Shown here: positions 52,199-62,158 of the stretch, piece by piece
How positions within the stretch are numbered: the stretch's first letter is position 1
Layout: each line of letters starts with the position of its first letter
Virus record (IMG/VR): IMGVR_UViG_3300006213_000002
Location: 62,001-126,000 of that record
From: an uncultured virus (IMG/VR IMGVR_UViG_3300006213_000002)
Lineage: Duplodnaviria; Heunggongvirae; Uroviricota; Caudoviricetes
Length of the DNA stretch: 64,000 bases
Strand: one strand, 5' to 3'
Made by a program: the position numbers and the translations under genes
Notes under the pieces: model-generated
What the model saw: the letters and a program-made list of their open reading frames with translations, nothing else
Databases searched by the model: none
What the model was told of the DNA's origin: nothing

Positions 52199-53758
52199 AT
52201 GGCAAAATATCAAGATGATGTATATGACCATTTAAAATCTGATATTGATAAAATTAGAGTAAGATTTAGGCAATATATATCATATTCAAATGAACAAGGA
52301 GCAAAGTCTGTAGTAGACGAGATAATTTATAATGCTCTTGATGAATGTAAGAATCCAAGATCTCCAGGTGATACTATTCATATTGTAATGGATGATAGAG
52401 ATGGATTTATTACTGTGACAGATAATGGTAGAGGTATACCTACTAATTTATTAGAGGAATTATTTACATCATTAAATATGGGATCTAATATTAATACATC
52501 AAATAAATCAGATTTAAAAGTAGAAATATTGGGTCAAAATGGTACTGGAACACTTGCTATATGTGGTTTAGCAGAACATGTAGAGATTACTTCATATAGA
52601 GGTGGTACAGAAAATATTAGTAAGACATTAATATTTGAAGAAGGAAAAAAGATCCATGAAGAAGAGCATAAATGTGATAAAAATAAACATGGATTATGTA
52701 TTAAATATAAACCTTCTAAAGTCATGGGTAAAAATACTAAAATAGTTTGGGATCCAGTCCATAAAGGATTATTAGATTTACAGTATTTAAATCATAATAG
52801 AATAAAGATAGATTCTGTTCATTATGATAAAAATGGAGATTATACTGAAGAGAAATATAAGATCTTAAATTTTGATGATATTTTATTACGTAATGATCCT
52901 GAGTCAATTACAAGTAGTAAAATATTGATCAATATTAAAGATGATAATATATTAGAAGAATTTGAAGATATGTCTGTAAAAAGATTTTTAGATATGGATA
53001 TAGCATTTGCATATGTAAATAAGTTAAATCCATATATAGATAGTTTTTCAAATTCAAACAATACGGTTGATAATGGCGATCATTTAGATGGTGCATTGGA
53101 AGCTATTTGTAGATATTTTCAATTAGCAACAAAGAATATGCTATCAGAGAAAGAAAAAGAATCTCTTGATATCAAATGGGATGATGTTAAAACAGGATTA
53201 TCTATAGTAGTATCTTTACGTACTGATTATGAAAGATTATATACTGGACAGACTAAACATAAAGTTGTTAATGGAGATATTAGAAAGATTATAATTAATC
53301 TTACAATAGAGGCGTTAACATCATATTTTAGTAAGAATAATAGTCAGTTAAAAGAATTATGCATGATAGTAAAGATGAATGCAAAAGTACGTCGAGAAGG
53401 TGATAAAGTACGTACAGCAGTAATCAAAAATACAATAACTAATTGGTCATCATACAAGATGAAAAATTATGATCCGTGTACAAGAAAAGGAGTTAAGGAA
53501 TATAAAGAAATATTTATTATTGAGGGAGATAGTGCAAAAGGTAGTTTAAAGAATGCTAGATTTCCTGAATTTCAAGCACTATTTAGTATACGTGGCGTTA
53601 GCTTGAATGTTTTCAAAGCAACTATAGATCAAATATTTGGTCCTAAAGGTAATAAAGAATTTACTGATTTAGTAACTATATTAGGATGTAATGTAGGACC
53701 TAAATTCGATTTAAGTAAACTTCAGTTTAGTAAGATTATTATAGCATCAGATGCGGAT
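52199..53758 (+). CDS. gyrB: DNA gyrase/topoisomerase II subunit B, exon 1
   Basis: EIIYNALDE, DNGRGIP, GQNGTG, GQTK, EGDSAKG; ends IIASDAD. Confidence 0.9.
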
Positions 53759-54965
53759 AAATTATCTATGTCCGCTTAAAATTCTTTTAATTGCTGGGAG
53801 TTCTTGTTAAGTTAATTCAACCGCGGTATTATAGTAATATAATATGCAGCATATATCATAATGGATATAGGATGGTAAAATCGAATTAAATAGAGATAAT
53901 CAGCAAATAATTATATTGATTCTAATTTTAATTATAAATTACTAAAGAAAGGAGGTATATAATAATATGAAATATAATAAATCTATGTTAAATAATGCAT
54001 ATAATGATTTATTACAAGAAAAAGATATTAGATCTATGGAATTATTTGATAAACATTATTGTGAATTATCAATAGCAGAAATAGATAAATTAGAAAAATA
54101 TATGTATGATTTATCTAATCCTATATGGAAACCTATAATGATAGATGGTAAAGATAGTGGATATAAGATTAGTAATATAGGTACAGCAGTTGATTCAAAT
54201 AATAATGAATTAAAATATTATCAAAATTCATCTGGTTATTTAGTTATCTGGATTCATATAAAAGGTAAACGTAATAATGTACCTAAATCTATTCATAGAT
54301 TAGTAGCAGAATCATTTATTCCTAATCCTGATAATAAATCAGAAGTGAATCATATTAATTGCAAACAAAATATGAATTGGGTTGGAAATCTTGAATGGGT
54401 AACGCATGAAGAAAATATACGATATATGATAAATTGTGGTAATCAAGTTATAGGAATGAATCATAAAAACTCTAAGTTTACTGATGAACAAATACATTTA
54501 GTTTGTAAAATGCTTGAAAATCCTAATAATGATATTAAAACTATTTCAGAAAAAACTAAAGTATCACTTAGAACTATTCAAAATATAAGATTTTATAATG
54601 GGTGGAATCATATAAGTGGATTATATAATATAAATAGATCTAAGTATGTTAAAGGTCCTAAATTTAGTTATGTTTCTAAAATAATATCCGATATGGTTAA
54701 TAACGGAAAAACAAATTCTGAAATACGAAATAAATTGCATGAATTAGGTTTAGATTTAAATATAACAAGTAAGAGTATTAGTGATAGAATATATCATATA
54801 CGAAAATTAGAATCAAATAAAACTTCATCGACTATCGAAAAGCTATGATATAGGATTATTAACCATATCAATATAGTTAGTAGAGTATACTTATAATAGT
54901 AGAAATGAAGGACATTATGAAGATATAGTCACAACATTTATAGAAATATAAAGATAAGATAATTG
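53759..54965 (+). mobile_element. group I intron (1207 nt) in the GyrB TOPRIM motif
   Basis: P1 GCGGAU/GUCCGC with U.G; P10 AUCUAU/GUGGAU; AATTGCTGGGA 53789-53799, AATCAGCA 53898-53905, TTCATCGACTA 54824-54834, GAAGATATAGTC 54919-54930; terminal G. Confidence 0.92.
53967..54848 (+). CDS. intron-encoded NUMOD4-HNH homing endonuclease
   Basis: WKPI...YKISNIG (NUMOD4-like); IHRLVAESFIPNPDNKSEVNHI...NLEWVTHEENI; AAGGAGG RBS. Confidence 0.9.
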   Translation: MKYNKSMLNNAYNDLLQEKDIRSMELFDKHYCELSIAEIDKLEKYMYDLSNPIWKPIMIDGKDSGYKISNIGTAVDSNNNELKYYQNSSGYLVIWIHIKGKRNNVPKSIHRLVAESFIPNPDNKSEVNHINCKQNMNWVGNLEWVTHEENIRYMINCGNQVIGMNHKNSKFTDEQIHLVCKMLENPNNDIKTISEKTKVSLRTIQNIRFYNGWNHISGLYNINRSKYVKGPKFSYVSKIISDMVNNGKTNSEIRNKLHELGLDLNITSKSISDRIYHIRKLESNKTSSTIEKL

Positions 54966-55886
54966 GTGGATGGATTATTTATTAGAAGTCTACTTATGGC
55001 ATTCTTCTTTAGAGTATTACCAGAAATTATTTTGGATGGTAGATTATATATAGCAGAACCACCTCTATATAGAGTTGATAATCCAAAAGATCCATTTGTA
55101 ATTAATAAAGAAGATTATAACAATCGATATGTAAAAGAGTGTATGAAATATTATCAGATAGGATATCCTATTATAGATAATGGAGTAATAGTTGACGTTA
55201 ATATTTTAAATAAAAATGATATTAAAGAATTATTATCTGATACATCATCTTATGTTAAAGACATAGAATTATTAGCTAATCATTATAGGATTAATGAAAG
55301 ATTATTTGAGATAATAATTGAAGAAGTAGCATTAATGAATATCGATGTCAATTTATGTGCAGATATACAGAAGGATATTATTGATAAAATCAATATACAA
55401 CATCTTGTGACAAGAATACAAGCAGAATTTCCAGAAGTATATTATGATGACAAATTTAAGTTAATACGAGGATCAATAAATACTGTTAGACAATTAATTG
55501 AATTATCACCTAACATAATTAAGAAGTCTAAAGTAATAATTAATTATATTATAAAATGGAAAACTGCACAGACTAAATTAGTATTAAGAGATAATAAAAC
55601 AAAAGCAGAAAGATTATTATCATTATTAGAATTATTAAAAGTTTTAAGAAAATATCAACCTGATATCAAGCATCGTTTTAAAGGTTTAGGCGAGAATGAT
55701 ACAGATGATATACGAAAGACTATTATGGATCCTAATACTAGATCACTTATAAAAGTAAATATAAGTGATATAGAAAATGATGAAAAAATCTTTCAGATGT
55801 TAAGGGGTGGAACTGCACAAAATGCATTAGATAGAAAAAATATGATGCATAATTATAGTATACCAGTCGAGTTAATTGATACGTAA
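54966..55886 (+). CDS. gyrB: DNA gyrase/topoisomerase II subunit B, exon 2
   Basis: VDGLFIRSLL, AEPPLY, RFKGLGE, MDPNTR; spliced product 826 aa. Confidence 0.9.
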   Translation: MDGLFIRSLLMAFFFRVLPEIILDGRLYIAEPPLYRVDNPKDPFVINKEDYNNRYVKECMKYYQIGYPIIDNGVIVDVNILNKNDIKELLSDTSSYVKDIELLANHYRINERLFEIIIEEVALMNIDVNLCADIQKDIIDKINIQHLVTRIQAEFPEVYYDDKFKLIRGSINTVRQLIELSPNIIKKSKVIINYIIKWKTAQTKLVLRDNKTKAERLLSLLELLKVLRKYQPDIKHRFKGLGENDTDDIRKTIMDPNTRSLIKVNISDIENDEKIFQMLRGGTAQNALDRKNMMHNYSIPVELIDT

Positions 55887-55966
55887 AATTATAATTGTAT
55901 ATATGATAATAGGATATTTCCTATTATCATATATAACATATTTTATTTGAATGGAGATATTTTATT

Positions 55967-56410
55967 ATGAAATATAATGAAATAAAAGGAATGAACCAAT
56001 GTGGTATAGATGGTTTACCAGAAAGATATAATGATCATGTATTGGTCTTAGATAAACAATATACAGTAGGATCATTATATAAAGAATTACATGAAGAACA
56101 TATAGAACAAAAAGTAATTAGTTTATTCTGTATTAAAGATCAAAATCATAATGATATTGCATATAAAACAACTTTTCCTAAAAATAAAGATTTATTTGAT
56201 CCAGAAAAGTATAAAGATATTTTAGATATACCAGTAGATGATTGCACATATGAAGAAGTTAGTTTCAATGGTAATTTTAAAAAAAGATTGTATGTTATAA
56301 ATAGAGAACCAGATAAATATGGTAGTCTAATGTTTAGTAAAGAATTTGATAAATATGCTAGTAGTGATACATCACATATAATATATGCACTTTATGGTGA
56401 TAATATCTAA
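55967..56410 (+). CDS. hypothetical protein
   Basis: 147-aa ORF, GGAG RBS. Confidence 0.65.
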   Translation: MKYNEIKGMNQCGIDGLPERYNDHVLVLDKQYTVGSLYKELHEEHIEQKVISLFCIKDQNHNDIAYKTTFPKNKDLFDPEKYKDILDIPVDDCTYEEVSFNGNFKKRLYVINREPDKYGSLMFSKEFDKYASSDTSHIIYALYGDNI

Positions 56411-56457
56411 AATTATATATTCTAATAATGTAAAAAATTGAAAGGAGATATTTTATT

Positions 56458-57258
56458 ATGCCAAGAAAGAAACTTGAAACACCAGAAGAAGAACTTGATA
56501 TCAAAAAGGAGGTAAAGAAGGAAACATTCATAACACGTTGGTTCAATGATTATGCAGTTAATAACAAAGAAGAAATGAAAATTATTTGCGAATTAACTGC
56601 AAGATCTGTATATGAACAATTTACATTATATGTAGAATCAAAGAATTATGAATTATATGCAGCTGTATTCTATGCAACTTTTACAACAATTCTTGATTTT
56701 CTTAGGGGAAAAGAAAATAAGTATAATAATTTTACTATTGAAGTTGCTAATAGCATAAATATAGGATATAGTAATAGCACAAATGAGGACAATGAAAAAG
56801 TAGGTAACTTTATGCCTATATTGGAGTATATAGGTACAAATATGAAAGTTGTTGACAATAGTCCTGAATCTGAAAAGAAAAAGGATGTTAATAGAACAAA
56901 AACGAATTGCATGAGATGGAAACAAATTAATGTTAAACAAAATATCAATTTCGTTTCAGAAATACAGGAAACTGCATATGAACGTATCAAGAAGGAATAT
57001 AGAACTGATATGAGAACATCAGAATGTGTAATTCCTATATTCTGTATATTCATGGATAACATTATTCATGTTATCAAATTAAAATACCAAGAATTGGAAG
57101 GCACAGATGTATCAGAAGTGTCGATGAATGTATTAGGATTATTTGATATATATTATTCTTTTAATTCAGAAGATAATATTGAAATTATAGAATTCCAACC
57201 TAATATAAGAATGAAGTTGGCATTGAAAAATGATGTTGCAGCTGGAAAGGATGAATAA
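56458..57258 (+). CDS. hypothetical protein, possibly tandem HU/IHF-like fold
   Basis: 266-aa ORF with RBS and promoter motif; C-terminal VSMNVLGLFDI...IEFQPNIRMKLALK loosely matches the HU pattern. Confidence 0.6.
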   Translation: MPRKKLETPEEELDIKKEVKKETFITRWFNDYAVNNKEEMKIICELTARSVYEQFTLYVESKNYELYAAVFYATFTTILDFLRGKENKYNNFTIEVANSINIGYSNSTNEDNEKVGNFMPILEYIGTNMKVVDNSPESEKKKDVNRTKTNCMRWKQINVKQNINFVSEIQETAYERIKKEYRTDMRTSECVIPIFCIFMDNIIHVIKLKYQELEGTDVSEVSMNVLGLFDIYYSFNSEDNIEIIEFQPNIRMKLALKNDVAAGKDE

Positions 57259-57266
57259 TAAAAATA

Positions 57267-57626
57267 ATGAATAAGAAAATGAAATATTCTACTAGAACGA
57301 GAGAAAAAAATATATTAAGTAAACTTGGTACAGTTGTTCTAATGTTAGTTGTATTATGTATAGGATTTCTACTTATATCATGTATGACAAGTTCAACTGT
57401 AAATGCCTTTGGATCAAGAGGCAATAAAGCAGGAAACACTTTTGATATGACATATACTTATGATAAAGCTTATATCAATACTTTCGATGGTAAAATTGAA
57501 GTTGATGTTAAGAACTGGAGAGAATGGGACGACGGAGAAGGGTTAGTAGAAGTAATATCTACAACAGGAGTTCACTATTATACATCATATGAAAATGTTA
57601 TACTGATTAATTCTGGTAAAAATTAA
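57267..57626 (+). CDS. membrane/lipoprotein-like hypothetical protein
   Basis: Basic N-terminus, hydrophobic segment ending LLISC. Confidence 0.65.
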   Translation: MNKKMKYSTRTREKNILSKLGTVVLMLVVLCIGFLLISCMTSSTVNAFGSRGNKAGNTFDMTYTYDKAYINTFDGKIEVDVKNWREWDDGEGLVEVISTTGVHYYTSYENVILINSGKN

Positions 57627-57628
57627 TA

Positions 57629-57660
57629 TAAAGGGAAGGTATATACCTTCCCTTTATTTT
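57629..57660. terminator. bidirectional intrinsic terminator
   Basis: ATAAAGGGAAGGT / ACCTTCCCTTTAT between convergent genes. Confidence 0.85.
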
Positions 57661-57670
57661 TTGTATTAAA

Positions 57671-58408
57671 TTACATCCATTTATCATACGGAAGATCCAA
57701 ATGAAATGTGTCTCTAGCTTTTTCTAACCATGTTTCCTTTTTATCCTTTGCATTAGCATAATCATCTATTTCCAAATTTAAATTTCCATGAGCAGATGGA
57801 ATATTTTTATATCTTTTTAAATTATTATATAACATAATTTGCACATCATATGTTGCTAATTCTAAAAATGAATCATAACATCCATCTTCTATAGTTTCTC
57901 CATTAGGTTCATGATTACATGCTACTTCAAATGTTAATATAGTTTTAGGAAATCCATATAATTTAATTTTATTATTTCCTAAATATTCAAATGTAGGTTC
58001 TGCTCTCATTTGACCTGCTAACATCATATATGATTGAGCTGTTATTACACCTTGTACTGATCGATTAATTCCATAACCAGGAGCTACATCACCATATGTA
58101 CCCCTTGTATTATGAAATGGCATTCTAACATCGACTACATATTGGATTGGAGTTAATGTTAATGCAACTGGTAATTGGTATATACTTTCTCTTTGATCTA
58201 TAACTTTTAAATCTGTAATGCTACAATCTCCAATCCTAATCCATGGAACAAATTGAGAATATTGAGGTATCGTTACAGCAGCTATAGTTCTAAATAATAC
58301 TTGTTCTATAGGTATAATTTCTTTTGTTGTGGCATCTTTAAATGGCAATCCTAAATTATATAATCCTTCACTTACAATTATTGAATTTATAATTTTATTC
58401 ATATTCAT
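57671..58408 (-). CDS. putative neck/head-completion protein
   Basis: C-terminal LKRYKNIPSAHGNLNLEIDDYANAKDKK resembles T4 gp13-type neck proteins; start moved to the ATG at 58408 behind AAAGGA. Confidence 0.5.
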   Translation of the reverse strand: MNMNKIINSIIVSEGLYNLGLPFKDATTKEIIPIEQVLFRTIAAVTIPQYSQFVPWIRIGDCSITDLKVIDQRESIYQLPVALTLTPIQYVVDVRMPFHNTRGTYGDVAPGYGINRSVQGVITAQSYMMLAGQMRAEPTFEYLGNNKIKLYGFPKTILTFEVACNHEPNGETIEDGCYDSFLELATYDVQIMLYNNLKRYKNIPSAHGNLNLEIDDYANAKDKKETWLEKARDTFHLDLPYDKWM

Positions 58409-58514
58409 ATTTAATTCCACATCCTTTCTTATATTATTGAATATTTCATATAATGTATTATATATTATAATATTGAAGTAAAGATGAAATACATATGAAA
58501 AGGAGAAATTCATC

Positions 58515-58622
58515 ATGAAAAATATTTTAATTGCACCGAAAAGAAAGAAAAAGATTATCGTAAATGATAATGCTGCTTTTCAAATCCGGCTCAATAAAAT
58601 TTTAAAGGAAGAGAAAAAATAA
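58515..58622 (+). CDS. 35-aa basic peptide (not in ORF track)
   Basis: MKNILIAPKRKKKIIVNDNAAFQIRLNKILKEEKK; AAAGGAG RBS; promoter motif 58458-58469. Confidence 0.55.
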   Translation: MKNILIAPKRKKKIIVNDNAAFQIRLNKILKEEKK

Positions 58623-58652
58623 AAATGAATTTAGTGAAAAGGGGAATGAATT

Positions 58653-58859
58653 ATGGAATATGCATTTTCAGCTATGAGAGGATTAACAAAAAAAGATGTA
58701 AAGGTAATATTTAACATTGCAAATGATCCAAACAATGTTAAGACAATTCAATCCGCAGATGTGATTATTTATCCGAACGGCGTTGTAAGAATCAATGATC
58801 TTAAGGATATGCAGGAGATTATTTCCAGTATTAATAATGTTACGATCTTTTCAAAATAA
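58653..58859 (+). CDS. small hypothetical protein
   Basis: 68 aa, AAGGGG RBS, followed by a terminator at 58876-58907. Confidence 0.65.
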   Translation: MEYAFSAMRGLTKKDVKVIFNIANDPNNVKTIQSADVIIYPNGVVRINDLKDMQEIISSINNVTIFSK

Positions 58860-58906
58860 AAACTGAATAATGAGAAAGGGTGATTTTAAAATCACCCTTT
58901 ATTTTT

Positions 58907-59458
58907 TTATAAAAATACTGGTTTATTTTTTGTAGAATTTCCCTTTAATACTTTATTAGCATTATATCCGCTCATATTAAGAAATTTTTCCATCATTGGA
59001 TGAAATCTATTATTCATTTCATCTATAAATTTATCTGTGTATTCTGTTATCATTCCAATATATTGCGAATCTATATCTTCTGATTTCAAATTACTAATAC
59101 ATTCATTAATATTTTTAATGGTATTATTTATTCCTGATATATATGATTCTATAAATTTTGGTATTTCATTATATTTATTTTCTGTATCTTCAAATAATTG
59201 GGTATCAATATACCCAATACCAGCTTCATATATAACTTTATATGGAGATGAATTTTTATTGTTTGATTCTTCTATTATGTATTTACAGCATTTATTTACA
59301 TACTCATTAAATCTATCAAATGCCTCATTAATATTAAATAATGTTATTTTGTAATCTTTTATATTTAAACCCCATTCATTTGCTAATTCATTTATAGAAT
59401 CCATCATACCTCGATTATATTTTTCAAGAAATTCTTTTATAGCATTATCAATTTTCAT
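58907..59458 (-). CDS. hypothetical helical protein
   Basis: 183-aa ORF, AAAGGAG RBS. Confidence 0.7.
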   Translation of the reverse strand: MKIDNAIKEFLEKYNRGMMDSINELANEWGLNIKDYKITLFNINEAFDRFNEYVNKCCKYIIEESNNKNSSPYKVIYEAGIGYIDTQLFEDTENKYNEIPKFIESYISGINNTIKNINECISNLKSEDIDSQYIGMITEYTDKFIDEMNNRFHPMMEKFLNMSGYNANKVLKGNSTKNKPVFL

Positions 59459-59768
59459 ATATTAAAACTCCTTTCTTATAATAAACGCTTAAATTATATA
59501 CACGTTTCTAAATTCAATGATATATTATTAGTGTAGATATAAATAAAATTATATCTTATTTCATATATTTTTTCTTTATATTAATTTACTGCTACTTTTA
59601 TAAATAATAAATTTCTCCTTTCATATTGGATTATATATAAATTACTCCAAATATTATAAGGGTAGCAGTAATTAATATTATATGAAATATTAATTTTGAA
59701 ATAAACATGAATTATTTTCATGCTTATTAATATATTAATAAAGTTTTAATTTTAAGGAGGAATTTAAA

Positions 59769-60026
59769 ATGAGTAACATTGAAGAAAAGTATCTTTTAAA
59801 AGATGGAGAAACAGTGCCTGAGGGTTATGTTGTAAAAACATGTGAAGTATGTAACAGATCATTTGCAATGCCTGCAGATGTTGCAGAGAAATCAGGACCA
59901 ATTTGTGAGTCAGCTGAGTGCAAAAATGAATATGAAAGAAGATGCATAGAGCAAACAAAAGCTCTTATGAAATCAGATACAGCAACGCAAACAGAAGCGG
60001 AAATCAAAACAGCACTTGGAAATTAA
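59769..60026 (+). CDS. small Cys4 zinc-finger-like protein
   Basis: CEVC...CESAEC; AAGGAGG RBS. Confidence 0.7.
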   Translation: MSNIEEKYLLKDGETVPEGYVVKTCEVCNRSFAMPADVAEKSGPICESAECKNEYERRCIEQTKALMKSDTATQTEAEIKTALGN

Positions 60027-60089
60027 ACATATAAAAGAGTGGGATATAATTCTCACTCTTTTATTTTTGTTGTTAAAGGAGAAAAGTAT

Positions 60090-60839
60090 ATGGGAAACAA
60101 TAATGAGTTAAAATATATAACAGAAGAAGAATTAGATAAAATTTTTAAATTTTGGCCATTTAATTTATTACATGAAATATTTGGTGTAAATATTGATTGT
60201 ATCTATACGAATATTAATAATATTCATACAGTATTAACAGCACCTGATTTGTTAAGTGAAAAAGAATTAGATGTAATATTATATAGATTTAAATCATATA
60301 TGATATTTAGTGATATTGCAAAAAAGGTGAATGTTACTAAACAAAGAGTGACTGAATTGCAAAATCATGCAATATTTAAGTTAAGAAGAATAATGAATTT
60401 CGATTTGAAGAGCATTGATTATAGAACGTATAACGAGATTAATGGAAAATATAATACATTACTTAAATCATATAAAGAATTAGAAAAATATGAAATCATA
60501 GGAGAGGATATAAAGGAAAAAAATAAATCTGAAATGTATAAAGACATTAATATTGCAACTTTAAGACCAAAAATGTCTAATAGGTTGTTTAATTGTTTAT
60601 ATAGAGGAGATATATATACAGTATATGATCTAATTAATATGGATATTTATAGAGCTATGAAAATTAGAAATTTTGGTTTAAAAACTTTTGAAGAATTATT
60701 AGTAATTCTTAAAGCAAATGATTTAACTTTAAAAAGAGTAAGAAATAGAAAATATGAATATGATGATATATTAAATGCTTCTAAATTATATATAGAATTA
60801 ATTGGTAAATCACCATTTATAGAAGAGGAGGAAGAATGA
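60090..60839 (+). CDS. sigma70 region-4 HTH fused to an RNAP alpha-CTD-like domain
   Basis: LSEKELDVILYRF...FSDIAKKVNVTKQRVTELQNHAIFKLR (sigma4); MSNRLFNCLYRGDIYTVYDL...KIRNFGLKTFEEL (alphaCTD); start at ATG 60090. Confidence 0.8.
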   Translation: MGNNNELKYITEEELDKIFKFWPFNLLHEIFGVNIDCIYTNINNIHTVLTAPDLLSEKELDVILYRFKSYMIFSDIAKKVNVTKQRVTELQNHAIFKLRRIMNFDLKSIDYRTYNEINGKYNTLLKSYKELEKYEIIGEDIKEKNKSEMYKDINIATLRPKMSNRLFNCLYRGDIYTVYDLINMDIYRAMKIRNFGLKTFEELLVILKANDLTLKRVRNRKYEYDDILNASKLYIELIGKSPFIEEEEE

Positions 60840-61165
60840 GTTTTAAAATAAATAATACATTAAAAGATACCATTGATATGAAATCAGTTTATACAACTTT
60901 TATCGTATGTGATTCTCCTGATCAGTTAAAATATTTACATAGAAAATTTATGGATCTGGTATTATCAACAGACGAATTCTTATATGCTAATAAAGATTCT
61001 ATTATGACAGATGATAGACATAAATATGTATTTTGTTTTTATTCTAATTATGAAAATCTTAACCGTGGTATTGGAATGAATCAAAATAAAATTACTGGAA
61101 TAATTTTTGAATCTATGATGAATTCATTTATTAATGGAGGAAGCAAAGAATGGGCAAGTATATAA
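60836..61165 (+). CDS. hypothetical protein
   Basis: 109-aa ORF translationally coupled on both sides. Confidence 0.65.
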   Translation: MSFKINNTLKDTIDMKSVYTTFIVCDSPDQLKYLHRKFMDLVLSTDEFLYANKDSIMTDDRHKYVFCFYSNYENLNRGIGMNQNKITGIIFESMMNSFINGGSKEWASI

Positions 61166-61761
61166 CTGAAGATGACAAAGAAAAAATATTAATGTTATGG
61201 CCGTATAATCTCAGTAAAGTTATATTTAAAGATGATAACCCATTAGAAATATCTTTAACAGGATTAGATTTAGCATTATCACATTTAGATGTAGATAAAA
61301 TTAAATTAATTTTATTACGTTATCGAGAATACATGACTTATGATAAGATAATGAGTATAACTGGATTAGAAGACGTAGATAAAATTAATGAAAAAATTCA
61401 TATTGCTATAACAATATTAAGATCATATGCTGATTGTATTAAAAGTAAATCAATAAAAGAATTTGAATATCCTATAAGCAAAACTAAGATACATTCAGAT
61501 ATATTAAATATAAATTTATCTGTTATTGATATACATCCTTTAGCTATATGGGAATTAAAACAAAATGGAATTGATAATATTCTTAAATTAACTAAGATGG
61601 CACCACATGAATTATGGTACACTAAATATATAGGTCAATCTAGATTTATTAAAATATTAGAATATTTAAAATCCCATGAATTGTCATTATCATGTGACGA
61701 TAATGTTGAACTTAATTATCGTAAATCTTATAAGATTTACAAACAATATTTTTCAGATTAA
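61150..61761 (+). CDS. divergent paralogue of the sigma4-alphaCTD fusion
   Basis: Shared KYITE...WPxNL start; LILLRYREYMTYDKI; LKQNGIDNILKL...KYIGQSRFIKI. Confidence 0.7.
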   Translation: MGKYITEDDKEKILMLWPYNLSKVIFKDDNPLEISLTGLDLALSHLDVDKIKLILLRYREYMTYDKIMSITGLEDVDKINEKIHIAITILRSYADCIKSKSIKEFEYPISKTKIHSDILNINLSVIDIHPLAIWELKQNGIDNILKLTKMAPHELWYTKYIGQSRFIKILEYLKSHELSLSCDDNVELNYRKSYKIYKQYFSD

Positions 61762-61808
61762 AAAAAATAAATATGAAAGGGTGGTATTATTATACCACCC
61801 TTTATTTT

Positions 61809-61970
61809 TTATCCATATTTATATCCAGGCTGATTAGATTGAGCATTCAAAATTCTATTTCTAATTTCTGTATCAATAAGATCTTGACGTGCTTTTTCTT
61901 GTTGTGCTTTAACAGCTTCCTGAATTTTCTTTTCTTCTTCTGCTGTAAATTTAATTGTTGAATTAGCCAT
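61809..61970 (-). CDS. 53-aa helical protein (not in ORF track)
   Basis: MANSTIKFTAEEEKKIQEAVKAQQEKARQDLIDTEIRNRILNAQSNQPGYKYG; AAGGAGGTG RBS; terminator at 61777-61810. Confidence 0.7.
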   Translation of the reverse strand: MANSTIKFTAEEEKKIQEAVKAQQEKARQDLIDTEIRNRILNAQSNQPGYKYG

Positions 61971-62158
61971 TATAAACACCTCCTTTTGTTAATCCAATTA
62001 TTTCTTTTTTGATTTCTTTCTAACAAATATATTCTCTTGTTATTTTTATTAGTTTCTTCTTTAATAATATCAAGAACACTTGTTATACTACTCTGTTTAG
62101 TAACATATTCATGTAATTCTTGTGAATTTGGTATTGTAGTTTTAACATGTTTAATCAT
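61970..62158 (-). CDS. small hypothetical protein
   Basis: MIKHVKT... behind AAGGAGG; promoter motif 62213-62224. Confidence 0.55.
   Translation of the reverse strand: MIKHVKTTIPNSQELHEYVTKQSSITSVLDIIKEETNKNNKRIYLLERNQKRNNWINKRRCL

Noticed and set aside
17956..59506. AR9-like late promoter AAC(A/G)-N6-TA (17956, 26805-26816 minus, 32783, 52141, 59495-59506 minus)
   Set aside because: Too short and inconsistently spaced in such AT-rich DNA to support without TSS data
31728..60089. ORF-track starts at 32801, 36608, 58516 and 60039
   Set aside because: Upstream extensions run through promoter or terminator DNA or another gene; downstream ATGs with strong RBSs were preferred
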